This document shows positions 51,751-61,241 of a stretch of DNA of 64,000 nt, in pieces. A program made the position numbers and the translations under genes. Position 1 is the stretch's first letter. Every line of letters begins with the position of its first letter. Below the pieces are notes generated by a model, which made no database searches, was not told the origin of the DNA, and worked only from the letters and a program-made list of their open reading frames with translations. The DNA lies in assembly GCA_023261815.1 (NCBI GenBank), contig JALNKA010000003.1, positions 1 through 64,000 of the forward strand, in the 5' to 3' direction. This DNA comes from Candidatus Wolframiiraptor sinensis. GTDB taxonomy: Archaea; Thermoproteota; Nitrososphaeria_A; Caldarchaeales; Wolframiiraptoraceae.

Positions 51751-51767
51751 CGAAAATACTTATATGT
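51751..51767 (+). promoter_or_regulatory. Putative BRE/TATA promoter of the 23S rRNA gene
   Basis: CGAAAA-TAC-TTATATG about 90 nt upstream of the processing stem. Confidence 0.55.
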
Positions 51768-51855
51768 AGCTGCGTTAGAAACATGATTGGCACGATGAAG
51801 GTTTCCAGCGCGACCGCGCTGGAAATCGGATGCGGGAGGACGCTCAGCTCGATGA

Positions 51856-51903
51856 CCGCGCTCATAGGCCTCGAGACACCGCCTACTGGATGGTAAGTGC
51901 CCC
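51856..51903 (+). other. 5' arm of the 23S pre-rRNA BHB processing stem
   Basis: CCGCGCTCATAG-GCCTCGAGACAC-CGCC-TAC-TGGATGGTAAGTGCCCC pairs with 55762-55810. Confidence 0.9.
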
Positions 51904-52801
51904 TGGACCCGAGTACGCCGGCCGGTGGATGCCTCGGCTCGGGCGCCGAGGAAGGACGTGGCAAGCTGCGAAAAGCCCCGGGTAGCCGCAGGCGGGCGTT
52001 GATCCGGGGATCTCCGAATGGGATCTCCTAGAGACCGAGGTTTACGCCTCGGTCTCTGATCCCGGGTCCCCAAAGGGCCTGGGATCGGGAACCCCCCGAA
52101 CGGAAACATCCAAGTAGGGGGAGGAGAAGAAACCAAAATGGGATTCCCCGAGTACCGGCGAGGGAAAGGGGAGGAGCCCAAACCGAACCCGCGGGGGATA
52201 ACTCCGCGGGGATGTGGGGTGATGGGCCCGGGGCCCACCCCAGCCCACCGACCCGAAGTGCCCTGGAATGGGCCGCCGTAGAGGGTGATAGCCCCGTAGG
52301 GGAAGGTGGGAGGGGTGATGCCCGGGTCCCCGAGTACCGCACCCCGGATAGGGTGCGGGAAGTTGGGGGTCATCGGCCTCCAAGGCTAAATACGTCCCGA
52401 GACCGATAGCGCACCAGTAGCGTGAGCGAAAGGTGAAAAGTACCCCGGGAGGGGGGTGAAAAGCGCCTGAAACCGGCCGGTAACAGACGTGGGCGGCCCC
52501 CAAGGGCAATCCCTCCGAAGACTCCTCACCATGGGGGTCGAGGGGGGATACCGGGGTCGCCCGCTCCGTCTTGAAACACGGGCCGGGGAGTGCACGGCCG
52601 TGGCGAGCCTAAGGGCTCACCAAGGCCCGTAGGCGTAGGGAAACCGACTAGCCCGCAGGAGGGCATTATGCCCTCCGAGGGGCGGGGTCCCATAAGGGCC
52701 TGAAGTCACGGCCGTGCGGCTAGAAACCGGGCGATCTACCCCTGGGCAGGGCGAAGCCGGGGGAAACCCCGGTGGAGGCCCGTAAGGGGTCCTGACGTGC
52801 A

Positions 52802-53013
52802 AGGGCGGCCGCCCAAATTTGCTCCTCAGTAAAAAGAGGGATTATAGGGATTATTATGGGACTGTGAATAAAGCAATGCTTAGTTGCTTCTCGTTAATGA
52901 TCTTTATCCCCGGATGCCTTGTTACCTCGAAAAGCTTCAGGTGGAGGGGTCATATGAAGAATGAAGTCCTGAATCTCATGCTGACAATTATGCTGGGTTG
53001 GCCGCCCCACGAG
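52802..53013 (+). other. Archaeal BHB intron 1 in 23S rRNA (212 nt, helix-35 region)
   Basis: CGTG-CA^A-GGGCGGCC ... GGCCGCCC-CACG-AG^A: 3-nt bulges flanking a 4-bp helix; removal restores CTGACGTGCAATTCG; AT-rich interior. Confidence 0.9.
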
Positions 53014-54188
53014 ATTCGGTCCCCTGACCTGGGGGTAGGGGCTAAAGACCAATCAAGCCCGGTGATAGCTAGTTCCCCCCGAAGTGTCTCGCAGGACAGC
53101 CCCGGGCGAGGCCGCCCAGGGGGTAGAGCACCGATAGGGGGGTAAGGGCTCGAAAGGGCCCGCCTCCCTTTCGAACTCCGAATCCCTGGGCGCCGTAGAC
53201 CCCGGGAGTGGGGGGCGGGGGGTAAGCTCCTGCCCCGAGAGGGGAACAACCCGGACCTGGGGTTAAGGCCCCTAAGTGCCCGCTAAGTGAACAAACCGAA
53301 GGGCGTCTCCCGCCTAAGACAGCGGGGAGGTAAGCTTAGAAGCAGCTATCCTCTAAGGAACGCGTAACAGCGCACCCGCCGAGGCGGGGGGCCCCGAAAA
53401 TTGACGGGTCTAAGCGGGCCGCCGAAACCCCGGGTCACCCGGTAGATGCCGGGTGGCGGTAGGGGGGCGTAGGGGCTGGGTAGAAGCCGGGCCGTGAGGT
53501 CCGGTGGACCGGCCCCTAATGCAGATCCCGGTGGTAGTAACAGCGATAGAGGGGTGAGAATCCCCTCCGCCGTAGGGGCAAGGGTTCCCCGGCAATGGTC
53601 GTCAGCCGGGGGTAAGCCGGTCCTAAGGCCGACCTTAACCGGGTAGGCCGAAAGGGAAACCGGTTAAGATTCCGGTGCCACGGGGGTAGGTGCGGCAACG
53701 CAAGCCCGCCTCCTGACGCCTCGGGGTAGGCCGAGCCGGGCCGTAGCCCGGTCCAACCGCATAAGCCCGGGGAGTGCCGTAATGGCGAGAACCGGGTGAA
53801 GGCGGGATGGGGCCCCCGTATGGGGGCTTCGGCTGAGCCCTGGGGCCGGTGAAAAGGGAGGCGGGAACGAGCCCCCGTGACCGTACCAAGAACCGACACT
53901 GGTGCCCCTAGGTGAGGAGCCTAAGGCGTCTGGGGGTACTCCGGGCGAGGGAACTCGGCAAATTAGCCCCGTACCCTCGGTAGAAGGGGTGCCTGCGGTC
54001 TTGGGCCGCGAGCCTGGGACCGCAGGTCGCAGTGACAAGGGGGTCCCGACTGTTTAATAAAAACATAGGGAGCCGCGAGACCGAAAGGTTGTGAACGGCT
54101 CCTCAATCCTGGCCAGTGGGGGTCCCTGAACCCCGGGTCCAACCGGGATAAGGGCCCCTAAACGCCGGGAGTAACTCTGACTCTCTTA

Positions 54189-54751
54189 ACGGGGACCTGC
54201 CCACGGTTAAGGTATAAATTCCTGGCCATCAATTGATGGCCAGATTATGAGTAACGTGTTCGAGAAAGGCTACATAAGCGGCTTAATAGATGCGGAAGCT
54301 AGCTTTTCAGGTAAGCATAAAACTCCAGCCTGATTTGCATTGCAAAGTCCGCGTTGACCCCGTCTTCAGCATAACGCAAAGAAACAAAAACGTGCTAAAG
54401 ATGGTTCAGAGAGTTCTTGGCTGTGGTAGAATAACGCGAAAACCAGGCCAAAGACATCTCTGGATGCTAATTGTGGATAACCTCGATGAGCTTTCCCAAA
54501 GATTGATTCCAGCATTAGATGAGCTCAAGCTGGTAGCAAAAAAGCCCGCATACAACTGCTTTCGCGAGATCGTTCTCAAGCTTGCTAGAGGCAAATATTC
54601 GCTCACCTGTAAGGAGGTTAAAGAGCTGGTGATCATGGCTTACAGGTTATCAAAGCTGAATCTAAAATCCACTCGTAAGAGATCTCTTGATGAAATTCTA
54701 TCTCTAATCCCGAATTCGGATGATTATGAAGTGGGTAAGGCCCCGGGAGAA
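54189..54751 (+). other. Archaeal BHB intron 2 in 23S rRNA (563 nt, ~E. coli 1927)
   Basis: CTCT-TA^A-CGGGG ... CCCCG-GGAG-AA^A; removal restores CTCTCTTAAGGTAGCC. Confidence 0.93.
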
Positions 54752-54757
54752 AGGTAG
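54247..54757 (+). pseudogene. Intron-encoded single-motif LAGLIDADG endonuclease with a 1-nt insertion
   Basis: MSNVFEKGYISGLIDAEASFS, then an extra G at 54310/54311, continuing VSIKLQPD..RVDPVFSITQ..LGCGRI. Confidence 0.85.
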
Positions 54758-55339
54758 CCAAATGCCTTGTCGGGTAAGTTCCGACGTGCATGAATGGATC
54801 AACGAGGGCCCCGCTGTCCCCGCCCGGAACCCCGTGAACCCACGTAACCTGGATGCATAGTCCAGGGGCCCCCGGCGGGGAGAGAAGTCCCTGTGGAGCT
54901 TTACTGCAGCCTGTCGCTGCGGTGCGGCTGGGGGTGCAGAGCGTAGCCGGGAGCCGTCGATCCCAGCCTCTCCGGGGGCTGGGGGAGGCGTCGATGTAAC
55001 ACCGGCCACCTCCGGCTGCGCCGCTAACCAGGGCCTGAGCCCTGGGACAACGGCAGGTGGGCAGTTTGGCTGGGGCGGCACCCCCTCGAAAAGGTATCGA
55101 GGGGGCCCAAAGGTCGGCTCAGGCGGGACAGAAACCCGCCGTAGAGTGCAAGGGCAAAAGCCGGCCTGACTGCGCCCTTGAACGTAAGGGGCGCAGGGGG
55201 GAAACCCGGGCCTAGCGATCCATCGCCTCCCACCGGTGGGGGGCGGTGGTGACAGAAAAGTTACCCCAGGGATAACAGGCTCGTCGCGGGCGAGAGTCCC
55301 CATCGACCCCGCGGCTTGGTACATCGATGTCGGCTCTTC

Positions 55340-55371
<32 letters not shown>

Positions 55372-55384
55372 CGCCTGTTCGGCG

Positions 55385-55416
<32 letters not shown>

Positions 55417-55761
55417 CCGTGAGGCAGGTCGGATTCTACCTGCCGGGGGCGGTGGCCGCCTGAGGGGAAGGCGCTCCTAGTACGAGAGGAACGGAGCGCC
55501 GGGGCCAACGGGGTACCGGTCCTCCTACAGGGGGGCGCCGGGCACCCGCGCCCCAGCGGATAAGGGCTGAAAGCATCTAAGCCCGAAGCCGCTCCCGAGA
55601 CTAGGCGGCCAATCGGGGGCCATGGGGCCCGGCGACGGGCCTCGGCCCTCGACGAGGGCTCCCCTAGAAGAGGGGGTTGATGGGGTGGGGGTGTAAGAGC
55701 GGAGGCCTTTGTGCCGGACGCTCTCAGCCCGCCACTCCCAATCGCCCGAGGGGTCCTTCAC

Positions 55762-55810
55762 GGGGCGCTTACCATCCAGGCGAAAGTGTCTCGAGGCGCT
55801 ATGAGCGCGG
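55762..55810 (+). other. 3' arm of the 23S pre-rRNA BHB processing stem
   Basis: GGGGCGCTTACCATCCA-GGCG-AAA-GTGTCTCGAGGC-G-CTATGAGCGCGG. Confidence 0.9.
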
Positions 55811-55878
55811 CTTCAAGCAGATTCTCCGGGTTTTCGAAAGTTTTTTAAGAGCCTAGCTCCAAGGTGTGCCGATGGATT

Positions 55879-56910
55879 ATGCTTGCTCTAAGGCTTCATG
55901 ATAAGGAGGATCTTAGGCTCGAAGATGTAGATCTGCCGAGACTCGAGGGGCTTGGCGCGATTCTCAGGGTTAGGGCCACCGGGATCTGCGCTACCGATGT
56001 AAAGGCGTACACTACTGGTGCTAGGACTAGGCTCCCCATAACCCTGGGCCACGAGTTCGCTGGAGAGATCGTCGAGGCGAGCGACGAGTACCGGGAATAT
56101 ATTGGCAGGCGAGTTGTGGTCAACCCCAACATTTTCTGCGGCAGATGCGAGTATTGCCTCAGGGGCGAGCACGTCCTATGCCCGAATAGATACGCGATAG
56201 GAATTGACGTTGATGGATCCTTCGCGGAGTATGTCAGGATACCAGATCAAGCATTCAGGGTTGGCGGTGTCTTGGAGATACCCGGTAATCTGAGCTATGA
56301 GGAGGCATCATTGATAGAACCTCTATCAGCCTGCTTCCGGGGCCAGAGAAAGCTGGGGATAGGCCCCGGCGACATCGTGGCGATAATAGGCGCGGGGCCC
56401 ATAGGGTTGATGCATCTAAAGCTCGCTAAGGCTTTCGGCGCTGCGAAGGTGATAATGAATGAGATAGATGATAGGAGGCTTGAGATCGCCGGAAAGCTCG
56501 GAGCAGATTACCTGATTAACCCGGCGAAGGAGGATCTAGAGAAGAGAGTGCACGAGATAACTGGCGGCAGGGGTGCGGACGCGGTCATAGTAGCTGTGGG
56601 CGTGGGAGCGGCGCAGAGAGACGCCCTGAGAATAGTCGCGAGAGGTGGCAGGGTGAACTTTTTCGCAGGCTTACCAGCGGGAAAGGAGGAAATTCCGATA
56701 AACACGAACATCATACATTACAAGCAGATAACTGTGCTGGGCACATCAATGCAGACGCCCTTCGAGTTCAGGAGAGCGCTGGACTTGGTTGCCGCCGGCG
56801 TCGTGGATCTCAAGCCGCTGATAACCCACGTATTCGGGCTGAATGAAGGCCTAGAAGCATTCTCGACAGCTCTCAGGGGAGAGGGTCTCAAGATTGTAAT
56901 CAAGCCATAA
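55879..56910 (+). CDS. Zn-dependent alcohol/polyol dehydrogenase (MDR family)
   Basis: GICATD, GHEFAG, CGRCEYC..C, GAGPIG. Confidence 0.92.
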   Translation: MLALRLHDKEDLRLEDVDLPRLEGLGAILRVRATGICATDVKAYTTGARTRLPITLGHEFAGEIVEASDEYREYIGRRVVVNPNIFCGRCEYCLRGEHVLCPNRYAIGIDVDGSFAEYVRIPDQAFRVGGVLEIPGNLSYEEASLIEPLSACFRGQRKLGIGPGDIVAIIGAGPIGLMHLKLAKAFGAAKVIMNEIDDRRLEIAGKLGADYLINPAKEDLEKRVHEITGGRGADAVIVAVGVGAAQRDALRIVARGGRVNFFAGLPAGKEEIPINTNIIHYKQITVLGTSMQTPFEFRRALDLVAAGVVDLKPLITHVFGLNEGLEAFSTALRGEGLKIVIKP

Positions 56911-56940
56911 AAATCGTGAAAGATTTTTGAATGACGTTTT

Positions 56941-57534
56941 TCAGGTTGAGCCGGCGTACTTTGGATTATCGACGATTATTGGTTTGCCCTTCTCCTCCAC
57001 GACTATCTTTGCAAACCCCTTCTCCTTCACTATACCATAGTCGTGTCCTGCATCTGATGGATAAGCGAAGAAGAAGATAAACTTGCCCCTCCCGGTGTTT
57101 ATTGTTCTATGGCCCCAGCCTGGAGGGACGTAGCCGATGATGCCTGGTCTAAGCTCTACGTAATCCGTCCTGCCATCCTCGCTTTGAATCAGCAGGATTC
57201 CCCTACCGCGGATTCCAAGATAGAATTCTGCGGCTGGTTTCTGGTGGAAGTGCCCCCTAGTCATGAAGTACTCTTTGCCAACCTTCCCGGGGTAAATTAT
57301 CGTCAGCCCTAAGGTCATGTGTCCCACAGCCTCTTCAACGGAGTATTCGTAGTACTCGTATACCACGGGGTCCCGCCCTGATGAGAGAATCCTATCAGCC
57401 GCCTCCGGGTTGCTAAAATATTCCTTTAACTCGCTGAGCCTAACCTCTCTCTTACGCGTGGCAGGATTCATAGTGTATTTCTTTAAATCGAGCTTGACCG
57501 CCTTCAGAATCGACTCGGAGTTCACCGCACTCAC
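56941..57534 (-). CDS. Cupin-type glucose-6-phosphate isomerase family protein
   Basis: PGKVGKEYFMTRGHFH, EFY, GHRTINTG, AGHDYG. Confidence 0.9.
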   Translation of the reverse strand: MSAVNSESILKAVKLDLKKYTMNPATRKREVRLSELKEYFSNPEAADRILSSGRDPVVYEYYEYSVEEAVGHMTLGLTIIYPGKVGKEYFMTRGHFHQKPAAEFYLGIRGRGILLIQSEDGRTDYVELRPGIIGYVPPGWGHRTINTGRGKFIFFFAYPSDAGHDYGIVKEKGFAKIVVEEKGKPIIVDNPKYAGST

Positions 57535-57540
57535 CTCGTG

Positions 57541-59403
57541 CTAGATCATTTCAAGCCTTTTCTTAGTCTCTTCTGTCACTATTCCATCTCGGCTCCAGCC
57601 TCTCGCCTCATAATACTCATCGAGCATGAAATCGAGCATCGCAGGCGATATCCTGTGCCCCTTGGCGGGGCCATCCGGAACAGGCTCATACATTATTCTA
57701 GGGGGCAATAGATCATCTTTTCTCGTTATTCCCTCGCGATTCAAGATCATCCTCTCGAGCGTGTATATCCTCTCGCCGGCTATCAATAGATCCGCCCCAG
57801 TAAGCCCAGCGCCCGTGATGTAGTTAACGACCTCGGGGCTCGGATCATCGGTGAGGTTCAGAGATCTTCTCGGGATCGTGCATAAGGCGATCGAGTCTAT
57901 GTAGGCCCTGACATCCTGTATGCTTTTGACGAGCCTGCCCTTGCCTCTTATGGCGAATCTATCGATTCTGGGCTTGAGGAGCTCATCTCTAATCGTCCAG
58001 CCGCCGACATTGTGGCAGGCACCCCTCGATGATGTCGCATAAGCCAGTCCGATGCCGTAGAATGCTCTGGGCTCGTAGGCGGCGAACTCCTGCCTCTTAA
58101 CGTGCATGACGTATCTTATTGAGTCTTTTCCAATTCTCTCCGCGGCCGCGACAGCGCCATCGGCGAAGATATCTCCAACTCCCTTCCTCTCGCCCATGAG
58201 TTTGAGCATCTCTATTTCAGCCTCACCATTACCGAATCTCAGGTCGAGCCCCCCGGTGAACTCCCTATCTATGATCCCGCGCTCATAAAGCTCCATGGCG
58301 AATCCAACAGCATAGCCCGCCGAGATACCATCAAAGCCATACTCATCTACGATTTGATGAGCTGCTATCACGACGTTGTAGTCGAATACTCCACAGTGCG
58401 GCCCAAGGGACCAAAGGGTCTCATATTCAACCTTACACCTGTATCCGCTCCAAGAGCCCTCTTTCGCCTCCAGGAATTTCCCACAAGCGACTGGGCAGTT
58501 TGCGCACGCTACATCCCTAACGAGGTATCGGCTTCTCATAGCCTCTGTCGAGAGGTTCCTGATGAGAGACTCATCATCGATCCTCGTCCTCGTGAAATTC
58601 ATGAGCGGATATGCTCCTAACTCATACAGCGGCTCGACATACTGGAGCGTGCCGTATCTTGTATGGTTCCCGGTCGTCTCCCTGAGCTGCTTTATATGAT
58701 CTTTCAAGTACTCTCTCAGACCGTCTGGATCGGCGAGATCCACCCCCTTCGTCCCAAGAACCGCTATTCCCTTGAGATTCTTAGATCCCATGATGGCGCC
58801 GAATCCCCCTCTTCCAAAAGCTCCACCCCTCCTACTCGAGTGATCAGCCATAACCGACGCGATCTTCGAAAGTCTTTCTCCGGCAGGCCCTATGCAAGCG
58901 ACGGATGCTCGCTTATCGCCAACCTCCTCCCTAATGGCATCTTGCGCCTCCTGCGTCATCATTCCCCAGAACCCGCTAGCATCCCTTATCTCAACCTCAT
59001 CATCGATTATCGAGATGTAGACTGGGCTATCAGCCCTACTCTCAATAATAATCCCGTCATATCCAGCCCATTTCAAGTTAACCCCAAAATATCCACCCGC
59101 ATTGGTTACCGAATAATGCCCAGTAAGAGGGGACTTCGCAACGATATACGCTTTCGTCGACCCGAATGCCGGAGCGCCCGTCATTATCCCGTTCATGAAG
59201 ATCAGCTTATTCTCCGGAGAGAGCGGGTCAACATCCGGCCCAACCTCCTCATAATAGTATCTCGCCGCAAGCCCCCTCCCCCCCAGATACCTTTGAACCC
59301 ATGAGAAGGGTATCTCCTCGATCATTATCTTCCTCGTTGAGAGGTTTATTCTCAGAAGCTTTCCAGTGAGCCCCTTCCATTTACGCAGGTCGGAGGCCTC
59401 CAT
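57541..59403 (-). CDS. aor: Aldehyde:ferredoxin oxidoreductase (W/Mo AOR family)
   Basis: YLGGRG, KSPLTG, IGPAGE, GRGG.GA.MGSKNLK, CANCPVAC, EYET, RGACH, YYEARGW. Confidence 0.93.
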   Translation of the reverse strand: MEASDLRKWKGLTGKLLRINLSTRKIMIEEIPFSWVQRYLGGRGLAARYYYEEVGPDVDPLSPENKLIFMNGIMTGAPAFGSTKAYIVAKSPLTGHYSVTNAGGYFGVNLKWAGYDGIIIESRADSPVYISIIDDEVEIRDASGFWGMMTQEAQDAIREEVGDKRASVACIGPAGERLSKIASVMADHSSRRGGAFGRGGFGAIMGSKNLKGIAVLGTKGVDLADPDGLREYLKDHIKQLRETTGNHTRYGTLQYVEPLYELGAYPLMNFTRTRIDDESLIRNLSTEAMRSRYLVRDVACANCPVACGKFLEAKEGSWSGYRCKVEYETLWSLGPHCGVFDYNVVIAAHQIVDEYGFDGISAGYAVGFAMELYERGIIDREFTGGLDLRFGNGEAEIEMLKLMGERKGVGDIFADGAVAAAERIGKDSIRYVMHVKRQEFAAYEPRAFYGIGLAYATSSRGACHNVGGWTIRDELLKPRIDRFAIRGKGRLVKSIQDVRAYIDSIALCTIPRRSLNLTDDPSPEVVNYITGAGLTGADLLIAGERIYTLERMILNREGITRKDDLLPPRIMYEPVPDGPAKGHRISPAMLDFMLDEYYEARGWSRDGIVTEETKKRLEMI

Positions 59404-59603
59404 AATTCCTCACAAACATCAGCCTTTCGGCCGCTACATCATAAACCTTTCTTTCATTATTAACGTTACATCGTTAAGCATAATGCTAAATGAAGGATGC
59501 ATCGAGAATGGCAAATTCACGTGATTAATAACCTTAGGCAAAAGTTCCTAAAGTAGGGATTATGTGATATGATGCATCAATTTGTTCGATTACTGCTCGG
59601 GCG

Positions 59604-61151
59604 CTATTCGATTAATTTTTCATGGCCCTCGAAAAGCTCATCCGATTTCTCTATCAGCCTTTCGTAAAACTCTGCGTATTGCAGGTATTTCTCGTGGATC
59701 TCCTCTCTCGGCTCGATTCTCTTGATAGGCTTAACCCATTCATTTATTGTCGTCTTGTAATCTTTGAAGGCTTTGACAGCATATCCTCCGATGACCGCGA
59801 GAGCTAAGGCGGCGAGCTCCTCCTGATTCAATAGTATATATGGTACTCCGAGTATATCGGCTTTAATCTGATTCCATATAGGACTTTTGCTTCCACCGCC
59901 TATTCCTCTAACCTCTGTGATCTTCACGCTTTTCAGGAGCTCCTTCAAGATCTTCAAGTAGTGAAAGTACTCGTAGGCTATTCCCTCCAAGATTGACCTG
60001 TAGAAGTGCGCCATGGTATGCTTCCAGGTGTATCCAACCCATATGCCGCGCAGCTTTGGATTATATGGATAAGCCCTGCCGCCGAGATGCGGTATGAAGA
60101 AGAGGCCCTCAGAGCCCTCTGGAATCTTTGAGGCCATTTCATCTAGGAGTTTATATGGATCCACGCCCCTCCTCTCCGCCTCCATCTTGACATCTCTCGC
60201 GATCTCATCCCTAAACCACCTCAAGCAAAGTCCTCCACCATTGATGTAGGCCCCGATATTCCATAGCTCCGGAACAACGGACTTCAGGTGGAGCAGAGTC
60301 CTATGCTTGGTGTCCGGGACTATCGCGTCCACCGAAACGTAGAATGCTGATGCGGTTCCAGCTATGTCGAGGCATATTCCCGGCTCCGTGAGACCGGCTC
60401 CAAGAGAGCATGCCATGCCATCGCCCGCTCCAGCAACAACGGGTATCCCCTTGACAAGGCCGAGTTTCTCAGCTTCATCGGAAGTCAGCTCGCCCACGAT
60501 ATCCCACGGTCTCACGACCTTAGGAAGCTTATCAAGCGGGATGCCGAAAGTTCTGCTAAGCTCTTCAGACCACTCCATCCTCCTGATATCGAATAACCCG
60601 GTGAAGGTAACATAGGTGTAGTCATAGAAGGCGTCATCACCGCTGAGCCCTGCTAGCCTGCCGGCAACATAAACCGCCGGGACGGTAAACTTGTAAATCC
60701 TCTCAAATATCTCCGGTCTCTCATTCTTCCACCACATCATCTTGGGAAGATGATCAACTGTCGGAGGCACGCCCGTGATCTCTATCAAAAGATCGGCATA
60801 CCCCTCCATCAACATGTCGATATACTTCTTGCATCTTATATCCAGCCACGAGTCATACGGTATCACGTGGTTCCAGTTCCTATCTATCGCGAGTATGCCG
60901 GCCATCTGGCCGCTGAAGGCTATGGAGGCGACATCCCTCGGATCAACGCGAGACTTCCTCAAGACTTCATTCACGGTATTCCTCGTAGAGGAATAGAAAT
61001 CCTCGGGCTTCTGCTCAACCCATCCAACCCTCGGGTAATAGAGCTTTGACTCCTCATAAGCTATGGCAAGCTGCCTCCCCTCCTCATCGACTATAGTCGC
61101 TTTAGTCCCAGTAGTCCCTATATCGACGCCGATAAAGTATTGAGGCGACAT
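59604..61151 (-). CDS. FGGY carbohydrate kinase (xylulokinase-like), intact
   Basis: GVDIGTTGTK, WVEQKP, SGQM, AGAGDG, LRWFRD, GGGSKS. Confidence 0.92.
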   Translation of the reverse strand: MSPQYFIGVDIGTTGTKATIVDEEGRQLAIAYEESKLYYPRVGWVEQKPEDFYSSTRNTVNEVLRKSRVDPRDVASIAFSGQMAGILAIDRNWNHVIPYDSWLDIRCKKYIDMLMEGYADLLIEITGVPPTVDHLPKMMWWKNERPEIFERIYKFTVPAVYVAGRLAGLSGDDAFYDYTYVTFTGLFDIRRMEWSEELSRTFGIPLDKLPKVVRPWDIVGELTSDEAEKLGLVKGIPVVAGAGDGMACSLGAGLTEPGICLDIAGTASAFYVSVDAIVPDTKHRTLLHLKSVVPELWNIGAYINGGGLCLRWFRDEIARDVKMEAERRGVDPYKLLDEMASKIPEGSEGLFFIPHLGGRAYPYNPKLRGIWVGYTWKHTMAHFYRSILEGIAYEYFHYLKILKELLKSVKITEVRGIGGGSKSPIWNQIKADILGVPYILLNQEELAALALAVIGGYAVKAFKDYKTTINEWVKPIKRIEPREEIHEKYLQYAEFYERLIEKSDELFEGHEKLIE

Positions 61152-61241
61152 AACATCTCACGTTAAAAAAGGTTTAGATGCGAGAGGAGATAAGCATTGC
61201 GTATGCGCATGGCACAATTCAAGTAGGAATATCTGGCTGAT

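Noticed and set aside
52819-53145. 108-aa ORF starting in intron 1
   Set aside because: It runs into rRNA exon and has no recognisable motif; at most an endonuclease remnant.
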